Part shown: piece after piece, positions 24,916-36,650 of the stretch
Numbering within the stretch: the first letter of the stretch is position 1
How the letters are laid out: each line of letters begins with the position of its first letter
Origin: Centroscyllium fabricii
Taxonomy: Eukaryota
Length of the DNA: 64,000 nt
Direction: 5' to 3'
Assembly: GCA_051313645.2 (NCBI GenBank)
Contig: JBNRSN020000006.1
Span: 223,262,001 to 223,326,000 of the forward strand
The notes under the pieces: generated by a model
What the model saw: the letters and a program-made list of their open reading frames with translations, nothing else
Told to the model about the DNA's origin: nothing
Database searches by the model: none
Program-made: the position numbers and the translations under genes

Positions 24916-26287
24916 ACTCTGCTCTGGCTGCAGCAGCAGCTCTGAGCAGAAACTGAGCAATCTCAGCTCTGAACATTTCCTCACAGCCGCTGCGAGCTGT
25001 GAGGGATTCTGAGCCCGCCCGCCCACCTGGCAGTCACCAGCACTTGGCCTTTCCCATTGGCTCCACTCCACTGTGATGTCACAGTGGAGTGTTTCCATTG
25101 GAACTGACAACAACCAGTGCTGGAACTGTCAATCAAACTGCTTGCAGCCCCGCTGCAGCCCGACTCGATTGACCTAATTACCTCCCGCTGCTGCCGATGG
25201 GGATTTAACAACCTAATTAAACTAAAATTGCGTGGCCTTCCCAGCTGTTTGGGCGGGTGGGACCGGAAGCCGCCCAGACCAATCCCCGCCAGGTTCCCGC
25301 CCTTCCGGCAAAATCCCCCCCACACTTTCCCACCCGACCCGTCACTGATCGCGCCCACTGACTGCCCCCCCCCCACCCTGCAAAATCCAGCCGAATGGCA
25401 CTGAAATTCTGCAGGAGTTCTCGATCTCCCATTGTAACGCTGGCAGAAGCCACAGGAAAAGGGTGTAAGTGGCTGGAATTATGGTGGGAGACCAGGAGAA
25501 CCCCTGTGCAATTCCAGGGCCTTTCGATCAAAAGTGACCACCCAGATTTTGCTGGAACAAGTCTGTTAGTTAGACTTGTTTCTGCGCGTTTAGGTTTTAA
25601 CAAATTTTGCCCAGATAGTTGCTGGAAGTGCGAGCTGATAATGGCACAGAGAGGACTATAGGTCATCTGGGTCCTTGGGAACAATGAGAGACAAACTCCT
25701 TAACCAATGAGGTTAAAGGATTGAGGAATAAACAGAGGAAGGACTGAGAAGGAGGGTGAATCAGAGTGGGTGAATTCAATGTCAAATCAGGTACAAAAAG
25801 AGAAATAAAGAGAGGGAAAGAAAGATTGGATTTGGAGAGAGAGAAAGAGATAGAAAGGAAAAGTAAGAAAAAAATTGAAAAATTAAAAAATTTACATTTT
25901 TAAATCTCCAACAATTTACAACCTGAAGGAATGAGACACTTATAATTGTTCACTTCTGAGCAAGAGCGGTTGATTGGCAGTCATTAACAATTATCATGTT
26001 GTTAAAAGGGTGCTTATGCTGTTAATTACTAGATACTTTCTGTGGCGTAAATGCAGCAACTTGATGAAAATCACGGGGTGGTTAAGTGCATTATGCAGTT
26101 TTCGCGAAGCAATTTGGGACGATTCGCAATTTTAATATTGGTTCCACCCCAAGTTCATGGGGCATAACGGGCTAGATAAAGGGGTGGAGGCACTGGGTTT
26201 CTGCCCATTTACACATGATGTGCATTTCAGCTGAACTCAGGGATGGATAAAAAAAACTGTGTAGTTCTCAGTACTTCAAGGTCCTAC

Positions 26288-26478
26288 CTTTGTGATTATC
26301 TTGGGATGAGGGTCAGTAGAATTCTCAGCAATTTCTATTTTCCCGGGTGACTTCCACAGATTCTCTTTTACATTAATCGTTACGGCAGAGGTCGTGCTCA
26401 GAGGCAAGAGGGCCATATCCTTTGCGGCAATTAACAGCCGATAGGAATCTTGCTTTGTCAGATCAAGTGAATTATATC
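26288..26478 (-). CDS. cdh17: Cadherin-17 coding exon (end of EC2, start of EC3)
   Basis: 191 bp, tttacag|GATATA...ACAAAG|gtagga. GYNSLDLTKQDSYRLLIAAKDMALLPLSTTSAVTINVKENLWKSPGKIEIAENSTDPHPKIITK. The ENxWK...ENSTDPHP stretch matches CDH17. Phase 1/0. Confidence 0.93.
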
Positions 26479-26699
26479 CTGTAAAAAATACAATTTTAAT
26501 AAAATATTTTTCTTCATGTGACCTTCATGAAGAGCTGGTTGACAATAAACCTTTCTTTCAATGGAGTAAGATGTGCATTCATCTTTTGATCACAGTGGCA
26601 CAATGATGTGTTTCTAATTGTGATTTTGGAAACAAATGTTTGGTGGAAACTTTTTCATAAAGACAACCGCTTTTAAAATCTGATGACACAAATTTAGTA

Positions 26700-27199
26700 C
26701 AGGTTGAGCACTGGTAATCCGGCACCCGATGGTCCGGCAGTTTCAGTGGTCCGGCACAATTGGAAATCGGCACTCTTCATTTTGCAGAGCAGCCGCTCGG
26801 CGGTGCCACCATTTCCCGGGAAGGGTGAGCAAGCGCCAAATGCGCGGGCGTTTGGGTTTCTGTTTTTTTAGGTTCTGTAAGTGTTCTATCCCCCGACTCC
26901 CTCCCGGGGAGTGTTCTACCGCACGCTCCGGGCCCCGGGGAGTGTTCTACCGCGCGCTCCGGGCCCCGGGGAGTATTCTACCGTGCGCTCCGGGCCCCGG
27001 GGAGTGTTCTACCGCGCGCTCTGGGCCCCGGGGAGTGTTCTACCGTGTGCTCCGGGCCCCGGGGAGTGTTCTACCATGCGCTCCGGGCCCCGGGGAGTGT
27101 TCTACCACGCACTCCCCCCGAACCTTCAGTGGTTCGGAATTTTCAGTGGTCCGGCACGGGCCTGGTCCCGAGGTTGCCAGATTAACGGTGCTCAACCTG
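26700..27199. mobile_element. Tc1/mariner-pogo-type MITE
   Basis: TA|CAGGTTGAGCAC...GTGCTCAACCTG|TA, i.e. TIRs plus a TA TSD. Confidence 0.85.
26903..27115. repeat. 31-bp GC-rich minisatellite, about 7 copies, inside the MITE
   Basis: Unit GGGGAGTGTTCTACCGYRCGCTCCGGGCCCC. Confidence 0.92.
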
Positions 27200-27995
27200 T
27201 ATCTATATACTGTAACAATCTGTACCCAGCAGATGTCCATTTAATGGTGGGCTTAAATGTGCAGTTAGCAAATATACAATTGATTTACATATGAACCAAT
27301 CTAAAGCAGTTTGATTCAATTGCTAAGCACCAATAAGGAACAAGTTCTTCCACTGTTTATGTCTGTTATTTTCCTTCTTCACTTAGGTTAATGTATGATG
27401 TAACAAAGATAATCAACAATTCTGAAAATATATCACACATTTTAACCATAAAATCAATTATTTAATTTTAGAAATGCCTGTAACCAGTTTTGGCCTACCC
27501 CACTGCCTAAAGCCTGGGGCTTGAGTTAGCAAATTCACATTGTTGTGGTACTGATGATTTCCAATTGCGGTGGATAAATTCAGTGTGTGCCAGTGCGTGT
27601 GAGAGTGTCTGTGTGAGAGAGAGAGAGAGAAATTGAAATAATGTACAATGACAACTAGGCAGAAAATGTATAATCAACTAAGCTCCAAGCAGTGGAAAAA
27701 CATCCTGCTGCTCTGGGACTACAGTACCCAGAATGTACCAGAACAAGTCACATCATATGACAAGCAAGTAGAAAGGGATTGGGTAGTTCTAGGGAGAGAT
27801 GGGATAGAAGGGAGCAGGAGCCGATGTGGCGGGGGGGGGGGGGGGGGCTGTGCAGGGAGTGGAAGACGGGAATAGGAAAGAAGAAAAAGAAAAGGGCTGA
27901 AAAAGATTGAGAAGGGGAAGGAGAGCAGACTATAGAAAGAAGTGAAAGGGGACTGGAGGGATACCAGAAAAAGAAAGCAGTGGGGTGGGGGGGGG

Positions 27996-30900
27996 TGACG
28001 TATCGTCAATGAATCAAAGACGAGTAGTTACCTCAACTAAAGGCTTTTATTCGCTTTACAAAGGAGCTACGCTCTGGTCGATCATCGAGTACAGAATGAA
28101 TGGGGGCAAGTCAGACCCCACCTATAAGGCACTCACCTGAGGGGAGGAGTTAGAGGTGTGGCTGACCTGACCCCGTGACAGTGTCGTAATACAAAAACTA
28201 TGTATAATGCACCCAGCCGCTATACATGCTGGTTTATAGTGTGCTTAACTATTACAGTGGTAATAACGGTTACCACATTCACCCCTTCTTTGAAAATTAA
28301 GTCCGGCAGGGTGAATGGACAGAACAGTTCATAATAAGTCTCTCCGGCGGTCGCGTCTGCCTTGAGGACCGCCGGGTTTCTGTTAGCGGCGCTGGTGCCG
28401 GTAGTGTCGGCGGCGCTGGTGCCGGTAGTGTCGGCGGGGCCGGGTCCTCCGGCTGCTGCTGTGCCTGTGGTGTGGCGTCCGGTTCTTGGTCCTCGGCTGG
28501 TAGTGGCGGGGGCTCCGGTGTGTGTGTGTGTGCATAGGCCAAAATCCGGTGGGTTGTGGTTGGTGTGTAGGCCAGTGGTCGGTAGGTAGTGGCTGGTCGG
28601 GCTGAGGCTCGACCAGGTGCTCTGCTGTGGTGCTCCCAGTGGGCGCTAGGTCCCTGATGGAAACTGTGTCCTCGCGCCCGTCCGGGAACTGCACGTATGC
28701 GTACTGCGGGTTGGCGTGCAGCAGCTGCACCCTCTCCACCAGGGGGTCGGTCTTATGGCCACGGACATGTTTTCTAAGTAAGACCGGCCCCGGCATCGTG
28801 AGCCATGGTGGGAGTGCTGTCCCCGAAGTCGACTTCCTGGGGAAGGAAAAGAGCAATTCGTGAGGTGTGGCGTTGGTAGCCGTACACAGCAGAGAGCGGA
28901 TGGAGTGCAGCGCGTCTGGGAGGACTGCCTGCCAACGGGACACTGGAAGGCCTCTGGACTTCAGGGCCAGGCTGACCGCCTTCCAGATGATCCCGTTCTC
29001 CCTTTCTACCTGGCCGTTCCCCCGGGGGTTGTAACTGGTCGTTCTACTTGAGGCAACCCCTTTCTGAAGCAGAAACTGACACAGTTCGTCACTCATGAAC
29101 GACGACCCCCGGTCGCTATGGATGTAGCTGGGGAGACCGAAAATGGCGCACAGCGTGGTGAAGTGTTTGATCACCGTTGCGCTCGTCATATCGAAGGCGA
29201 AGGGGAAGCGGGAGAACTCGTCTACAACGATGAGGAAGTACGAGTTGCGGTCAGTGGAGGGGAGGGGGCCTTTGAAAGGATGTACTTGCCCTGGAGGCAG
29301 TGCAGAGAAGGTTTACACGGTTAATTCCAGCGATGAGGGGATTGACATATGAGGAAAGGTTAAGTAGGTTGGGACTCTACTCTTTAGAGTTCAGAAGAAT
29401 GAGAGGCGATCTTATTGAAACGTATAAGATCGTGAGGGGCCTTGATCGGGTGGATGCGCCAAGGATGTTTCCAATGATCGGGGAGACTAGAACTAGGGGG
29501 CATAGTCTTAGAATAAGGGGGGGCTCTTTTAAAACTGAGATGAGGAGAAACTTCTTTACCCAGAGGGTGGTTAATCTATGGAATTCACTGCCTCAGGGAG
29601 CTGTGGAAGCGGGAACATTAAATAAATTTAAAACCGAAATAGACTGTTTTTTAGCAGACAAGGGAATTAGGGGTTACGGGGAGCGGGCAGGGAAGTGGAC
29701 CTGAGTTATGGTTAGTATAGTAAGACCTGAGTGATCTCCTGGACAAGTTTCGATCGCCTGGATTGGGGTCGGAGAGGAATTTCCCGGATTTTTTTCCCAA
29801 ATTGGACCTGGGTTTTTATCCAGTTTTTCGCCTCTCCCAGGAGATCACACGGTTCTTTGGGTGGGAGAAGGATGATAGTGGTATGAAGGTTAGGGTAGGA
29901 TCAGCAATGATCTTGATGGGTGAGGGGGAGGGCTCGGGGGGCCGATTGGCCTACTCCTGCTCCTATTTCATGGGTTCTTGTGTTCTTGTGTTCTTATGTT
30001 CAGCCATGAACGTATTGAATGGCGGTGCAGGCTCGACGGACCGAATGGTCTACTCCTGCACCTATTTTCTATGTTTCTATGTTTCCACGCTTAGACGTTC
30101 AAAAGGGCGGGTGGCCTTAATGAGGTGCGCCGTGTCTGGCCTGTAAAATTGGGGTTTGCACTCGGCACAAACAGGGCACTCTCGGGTCATAGCCTTGATC
30201 TCCGTGATGGAGTAGGGGAGGCTACGGGATTTAATGAAATGGGCAAGTCTAGTGACACCCGGGTGGCAGAGGCGATCGTGGAGTTCCTTCAGCCGGTCTA
30301 GCTGGGCACTGGCGCACGTTCCCCTGGACAGTGCGTCCGGGGGTTCATTGGGTTTGCCTGGTCGGTAAAGAATGTCGTACTCGTAAGTCGAGAGCTCGAT
30401 CTGCCACCGCAGGATCTTTTCATTCTTGAATTTACCCTTTGGTTATTGTTAAACATAAACGCGACCGACCATTGGTCGGTGAGCAGGGTAAAACGCTTAC
30501 CGGCCAGGTAATGACGCCAGTAGCGCACGGCCTCCACGATGGCCTGGGCCTCCTTTTCCACTGCAGAGTGGCGAGTTTCGGGTCCCTGTAGGGTGCGGGA
30601 GAAAAACGCTACGGGCCTGCCCGCCTGGTTCAGGGTGGCGGCAAGGGCAAAGTCCAAAGCGTCACTCTCCACCTGGAAAGGGATGGACTCATCAACGGCG
30701 TGCATGGTCGCCTTAATAATATCTTCCTTGATCCGGGCGAACGGCGTGTGGGCTTCTACCGAGTGGGGGAAGACGGCAGCCTTGAGGAGCGATCTGGCCT
30801 TATCCGCAAACTGGGGAACCATTGCGCGTAATAGGAGAAAAATCCCAGACATCTCTTCAGGGCCTTGGGGTTGTGAGGTAGGGGCAGTTCCTGTAAGGGA

Positions 30901-33583
30901 CGCATACGCTGTGGGTCGGGGCCAAGGACCCCGTTTTCCACTACATATCCGAGGATGGCGAGCCGATCTGTACTAAAGACGCACTTGTCTTTATTGTACG
31001 TGAGATCGAGCCATTTCGCCGTGTGGAGAAATTTGGCCAGGTTGGCATCGTGGTCCTGCTGATCATGGCCGCAGATGGTCACGTTGTCCAGGTAGGGGAA
31101 AGTGGCCTGCAACCCGTTCTGGTCAACCATACGGTCCATCTCCCTCTGGAATACCGACACTCCGTTGGTCACGCCGAAGGGGACCCGGAGGAAGTGGTAG
31201 AGCCGACCGTTCGCCTCGAAGGCGGTGTACGGGCGGTCAGCTTTCCGGATCGGGAGTTGGTGATACGCCGACTTAAGGTCGATTGTGGAGAACACCTTGT
31301 ACTGGGCGATCTGGTTAACCATTTCCGAGATGCGGGGAAGGGGGTAGGCATCGAGCCCGGTGTAGCGGTTAATGGTCTGGCTGTAGTCGATCACCATCAG
31401 CAGTTTCTCGCCAGTCTTAACCACTACGACCTGGGCCCGCCAGGGGCTGGTGCTGGCTTCAATTATCCCCTCCTGCAGCATACGCCCGACCTCTGACCTG
31501 ATAAATATCCGATCCCCTGCACTGTAATGCCGACTCTTAGTAGCAATGGGTTTGCAGTTTGGGTCGAGGTTGGCGAACAGCGAGGGGGGGTCGACTTTCA
31601 GGGTGGAAAGGCCGCAAGTCGGGCTCCGCTTTAGGAAGGGATTGTCCCGGCTACTGACGGTGAGGGGGGACAGGGTCCCGCCGAACTCCATTGTCACGCT
31701 CTTCAGGTGGCACTGGAAATCCAGTCCCAGTAAGACTGGGGCGCACAACTGCTGGAGTATGTACAATTTAAAATTACGGTACACGCAGTCCCTGACTGTG
31801 AGCGTGACGGAGCAGTAGACGGTGACGTCCGCCGTGTGGGACTTTGAAGCAAGGGAGATTTGGTAGTGCGTGGGCAGGATCTGCAGTCCGTAGCGCCGCA
31901 CTGTGTCGGGGTGAATGAAGCTCTCTGTGCTTCCGGTGTCGAACAGGCAGTTGGTGGTATGGCCGTTGACTTTAATCCCCATCATGGAATTTGATAGGGT
32001 GTGCGGCCTAGCCTGGTCGACCGTGGCTGAGGCCGAAGTGTGTGTGTGTGTGTGGGAGCCCTCCGCTAGCCGGGGCCATGCACAAGATGGCGGCGCCCGT
32101 GATTCGCACATGGCCGACCGCGGTGGACAAGATGGCGGCGCCGGGGAGTCGCACATGGCTGGCCGCTGAGGACAAGATGGCGGCGCCCGTGATTCGCACG
32201 TGGCGGGCCACTGTGGACGCGGTGGCAGTGCCCGTGGTTCGCACGCAGCGGGCCGCGGTGGCTGGGTTGGCGGCGCCCGTGATTCGCATGCAGCGGGCCG
32301 CGCTGGGCGAGATGCCGGCTTAGGGGGTCGCACATGGCCGGCCGTGGCCGAGTTTGGCGTGCCGTGTGCGCGGCCGGCCTCTGCCGTATCAGGGTGGGAG
32401 ACGGAGGCGCTTGTACTCTACACCCGGACCGTTGCTGGGTCGCGCTGCAACTGCAGCTTACCTGAGGCCAAGGGCCAGCGTTGGAGCTCTTGCAGGCCGC
32501 GCTGTTGTGTCTGGAGTTGGGCGCTGGGGCCGATTTGCAGGCCCTGGCGTAATGTCCCTTTTTCCTACATTTCTCGCAGGTCGCGGTTCTCGCGGGGCAT
32601 TTCACTCGCGGGTGTAGTCCCTGGCCGCAGAAATAACATTTTTTATCCTCCGACGTCTTCGCAGTTGCCGCTGCCGTTGTGGGGGTCTCGACCCGTCGTG
32701 GGGCCGCCCAGGAGTCGAAGGTGGCTTGTGGGCTTTGGCCGCTATACGCCTCTAGTCTGTGATGTGCTCCATCCACTGCGTTGGAGATGGAGATCGCCTC
32801 TTCCAGCGATAGTGTCTCTTTCTCCAGCAGCCGCTGGCGGGCCTGGGCGGACCTGATCCCCGTCACGTAGGCGTCCCGGACAAGGAGATTCGCCTCCTCC
32901 TGCGCCGTCCGTGCCTTGCAGTCACAGGCCCGGGCGAGGGAGGGCTTGGAGTGCCAACAGGTACTGTTCATTGGACTCACCAATTAGTTGTTGTCTGGTC
33001 GCCAGCACGTGTCTGGCGTAGACCGAGTGGACCGGGCGCACATAGCATGCCTTCAGTTTCTCCACGGCTTCTTTGTACGTTTTAGCGTCGCGGATGAAGG
33101 AATATACCCGGCTGGAGATCCTAGATGTGAGAACGTGGAGTTTGTTCCCGTCGGTTGTCGCCTTGGCGGCCTCTATGTAGGCCTCGACGAGGCTGAACCA
33201 ATGTTCAAATGCATTGGCGGCGGCTGGGTCCTGTGGACTGATGTCCAGCTTTTCGGGTTTCACAGCGCCGCTCTCCATTTTAATTTTAAAGCGAATAAAA
33301 TTGACGTATCGTCAATGAATCAAAGACGAGTAGTTACCTTAACTATAGGCTTTTATTCGCTTTACAAAGGAGCTACGCTCCGGTCGAACATCGAGTACAG
33401 AATGAATGGGGGCAGGTCAGACCCCACCTATAAGGCACTCACCTGAGGGGAGGAGTTAGAGGTGTGGCTGACCTGACCCCGCGAAAGTGTCGTAATACAA
33501 AAACTATGTACAATGCACCCAGCCGCTATACATGCTGGTTTATAGTGTGCTTAACTATTACAGTGGTAATAACGGTTACCACA
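27996..33583 (-). mobile_element. Gypsy element D (same family as A), full length, frameshifted, with a nested CR1
   Basis: 282-bp LTRs at 33302-33583 and 27996-28277. Flanks GGGGG/GGGGA within a purine-rich tract. gag ATG at 33278. ORF pieces 32922-33278, 32066-32983, 30756-32333, 30298-30852 and 28383-29189. Confidence 0.95.
29277..30083 (+). mobile_element. CR1 3' fragment inserted in the integrase of element D, with two tandem 3' tails
   Basis: QRRFTRLIP...GYGERAGKWT* followed by a 3' UTR. It splits the integrase SVDFKG codons; no TSD. Confidence 0.92.
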
Positions 33584-34208
33584 GGGGAAAGGGGAGAATT
33601 GGTGGAGGCAGAGGGAAGGGGTGTATAAAGTAAGGAATGCGAAGAGGGGGAAAGGAGGGGAGATGGGAGAGAAGATGAAGTGGGAGATAGGAGAAAAGGA
33701 AAGGGGAAGCGGAGTTGAAGACGGGAGGAGGAAAGGGAGGAGGAGGAGTGCAGGAGAGGGAAAAAGCAGGATTTGAGGGTAAAGAGGAGAGTAGAGAGGG
33801 GTTGAGGAGAGGTGAGAAGGGAAAGAGCTGAAAAGAGTGGGAGGGATACAAAGAAGAAAGTAACTTCAGTGTAAGTGGTGGAAAAACATTTCAAACAACA
33901 GCATAGTAAGTTTAAAATTCTGTGTTACAAATAGGAAGAACGTTTAGCGTAGGAAGGAAGGAAGAGCGAGCAGGTAAATAAAATACTTGCATCTGAAGCA
34001 AATATTATAAATCTATGAGGTTGTCAATGTATGCAGACAATGGGACAGAAGAGGTTTTGGGTAGGACAGATCCAGGTTCCTGTAGTCAGAAGGTTTACTA
34101 TTTGTTTAACCTGAGTCAGTGATATATTTCTTCAGTAAATTTGCTGTTTCACAGTGATGGGCAAACTGCTGTCATATTTATACTATGGCAGGGCCACAGT
34201 AAATAGTA

Positions 34209-34385
34209 TGGTTTAGAAATTCATCTTCAGTAGTAGCGCAAAATGGGTGGTATTGCCCCGGTCGCTCGTTATACACCCGCTCGATATTCAGTTCCATTGA
34301 CTTTACTATCAGGCGGGGTGTGTAACAGCCATTCGATGGGATAACCCCAAATTTTGCGCTACTTCATAAGATGAATTTCTACCCT
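34209..34385. mobile_element. Short palindromic MITE
   Basis: TAGAAATTCATCTT...AAGATGAATTTCTA and GTAGCGCAAAAT...ATTTTGCGCTAC inverted arms. Confidence 0.7.
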
Positions 34386-34722
34386 TAAAAATCCCACTAC
34401 CTGTGAACAACTTGACAGGAGATTAACTAGTCTTACTTCCAGTTACAGTGCTTCAGGCAATACTTAGCATACTGTTCATTAATTGTACTTTATACAATAT
34501 CACACATGTGTGTTTTAACATGAATTTATCTGAACTAAAGTGATACTTTAATAACATTTATATTTTAACTGTGATAACACAGTGACAAATACATTCCGAT
34601 ATCACAGTATCAGCACCTGTATTTAAGTGTAAATATGGCATTCTCAAAATTGATGATGTAGAAAAGTGTCCTGTGGTTTAAATTGCCATGTTGGTAGAAG
34701 AGAGATCTTATGGTCAACATAC

Positions 34723-34878
34723 CATCTTCAGTTGTGGAGATTGCCCCAGTTTCATTATCAATCTGGAAAAACATGGTATCCGTTTTTGGTATCTGCTGTG
34801 AGATGCTGTACTCGATTTTACCATTAGGAGTATTGGGGTCATCCAAATCGGTGGCATTTACATACATGAAAGGCTTGC
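34723..34878 (-). CDS. cdh17: Cadherin-17 coding exon (EC2, ATDLDD motif)
   Basis: 156 bp, tcacag|GCAAGC...GAAGATG|gtatgt. GKPFMYVNATDLDDPNTPNGKIEYSISQQIPKTDTMFFQIDNETGAISTTED(G) is close to human GKPFLYVNATDLDDPATPNG. Phase 1/1. Confidence 0.93.
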
Positions 34879-34999
34879 CTGTGAATAGCAAGAGACAATG
34901 AATTTACTTTATAAACATATAAATTTTACTCCCCCCCACCTTTGAAAGCTCTGCTTTGTACGGAGGTACAGTACCACAGATGCCAGCAACCCGGCAGTG

Positions 35000-35960
35000 T
35001 CCTAGGCCCAAATATTTTCAGCTGCTTCATGAATGGCCTTCCCTCCAACATTAGGTCAGAAATCGTGATGTTCACTGATGTTCAGTGCCATTCACAACTC
35101 CTCAGATAATGATGCAGTCCATGCCCGCATGCAACAAGACCTGGACGACATTCAGGCTTGGGCTGATAAGTGGCAGGTAACATTCGCGCCACAGAAATGC
35201 CAGGAAATAATTATCTCCAACAAGCGAGAGTCTAACCACCATCCCTTGACATTCAACGGCATTACCATCGTCGAATACCCCACCATCAACATCCTGGGGG
35301 TTACCATTGATCAGAAACTTAACTGGACTAGCCACATAAATACTATGGCAACAAGAGCAGGTCAGAGGCTAGGTATTCTGCAGCGAGTGTCTCACCTCCT
35401 GACTCCCCAAAACCTTTCTACCATCTACAAGGCACAAGTAAGGAGTGTAATGGAATACTCTCCACTTGCCTGGATAAGTGCAGCTCCAACAACATTCAAG
35501 AATCTCAACACCATCCAGGACAAAGCAGCCCACTTCATTGGCACCCCATCTACCACCTTAAACATTCATTCCCTCCACCACCGGCATACTGTGGCTGCAG
35601 TGTGTACCATCTACAAGATGCACTGCAGCAACTCACCAAGGCTTCTTCGGCAGCACCTCCCAAATCCGCAACCTCTACCACCTAGAAGGATAAGGGCAGC
35701 AGGTGCATAGGAACACCACCACCTCCAAGTTCTCCTCCAAGTCACACACCATCCTGACTTAGAAGTATATCACCGATTCTTCATCGTCATTGGCTCAAAA
35801 TCCTGGAACTCCTTCCCTAACAGCTCTGTGGGAGTACCTTCACCACACGGACTGCAGCAGTTCAAGGCGGTGGCTCACCACCACCTTCTCGAGGGCAATT
35901 AGGGATGGGCAATAAATGCTGGCCTTGCCAGTGACGCCCATATCCCATAAACTAATTTTA
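35000..35960 (+). mobile_element. CR1-group LINE (second family), 3' part
   Basis: ORF 35078-35710 (WADKWQVTF, ILGVTIDQKLNW, YKAQVRSVMEY) and a tail homologous to 4312-4600. Confidence 0.88.
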
Positions 35961-36650
35961 AAAAACCTTCCCGATACCTCGTCCAAGTGGCCAATCTATA
36001 GTGGGCAGCGGGCCTGCAATTTCCTGATATGCAGACCCAATGGGTGTGGCTCCTCACCAGTGGCACACATTTCTGAAGTCAGCCCCCAGTCTAATCCCAC
36101 CATTGTGCTCGCTCCCCTCTTTTTCAAGCAACGACCTAATTGTCCCTTTCAAAAAAATTCTGGACTTTGTTTTAACAAGTGTTTGTGGCAGATCATTCCA
36201 CAGTCTAACCAAGCCTGTGCGAAGATTTTTTTTCAAACCTCCCCTTTAATACTTTTTATGATTAACTTAAAATTGTGCCGTCTCATTATTGTTTCACTGA
36301 CAAGTGGAAACAATCTATTACACGAGCGAGCCCTGGTCTGAGGCTCAACTCCCCATCCTTCTGACTCTGATACAACCGTAATACCAACTGAGGTAAGCTG
36401 AATTTTGTTTCCTTCTGTGGCTTTGTTCTTGATACATCACAGAAGCAGTTACCAGCTGCATCTACTATTAGAGATGTTGGGGTAAATTGCGGCTTTGTGC
36501 GATAGTGTAAAACAGGTTGCCAATTCACGATCACCCGTTTTGCACTATCGTACAGTTAAAACCTACCCCACCTTTAGCGAAAAAAGTTAAAGCAATACAT
36601 ACATTTTAGTTCTGTAAAATTAGAATGACTTGCACCAATAAAGTATAAAT

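Noticed and set aside
33584-33860. Ser/Pro/Leu-rich ORFs (33526-33894, 27719-28009)
   Set aside because: Low-complexity purine-rich tract split by element D; not coding.
34610-34891. 93-aa stand-alone cadherin ORF
   Set aside because: Only 34723-34878 is cadherin-like and it is bounded by AG/GT. The rest is intron read-through.
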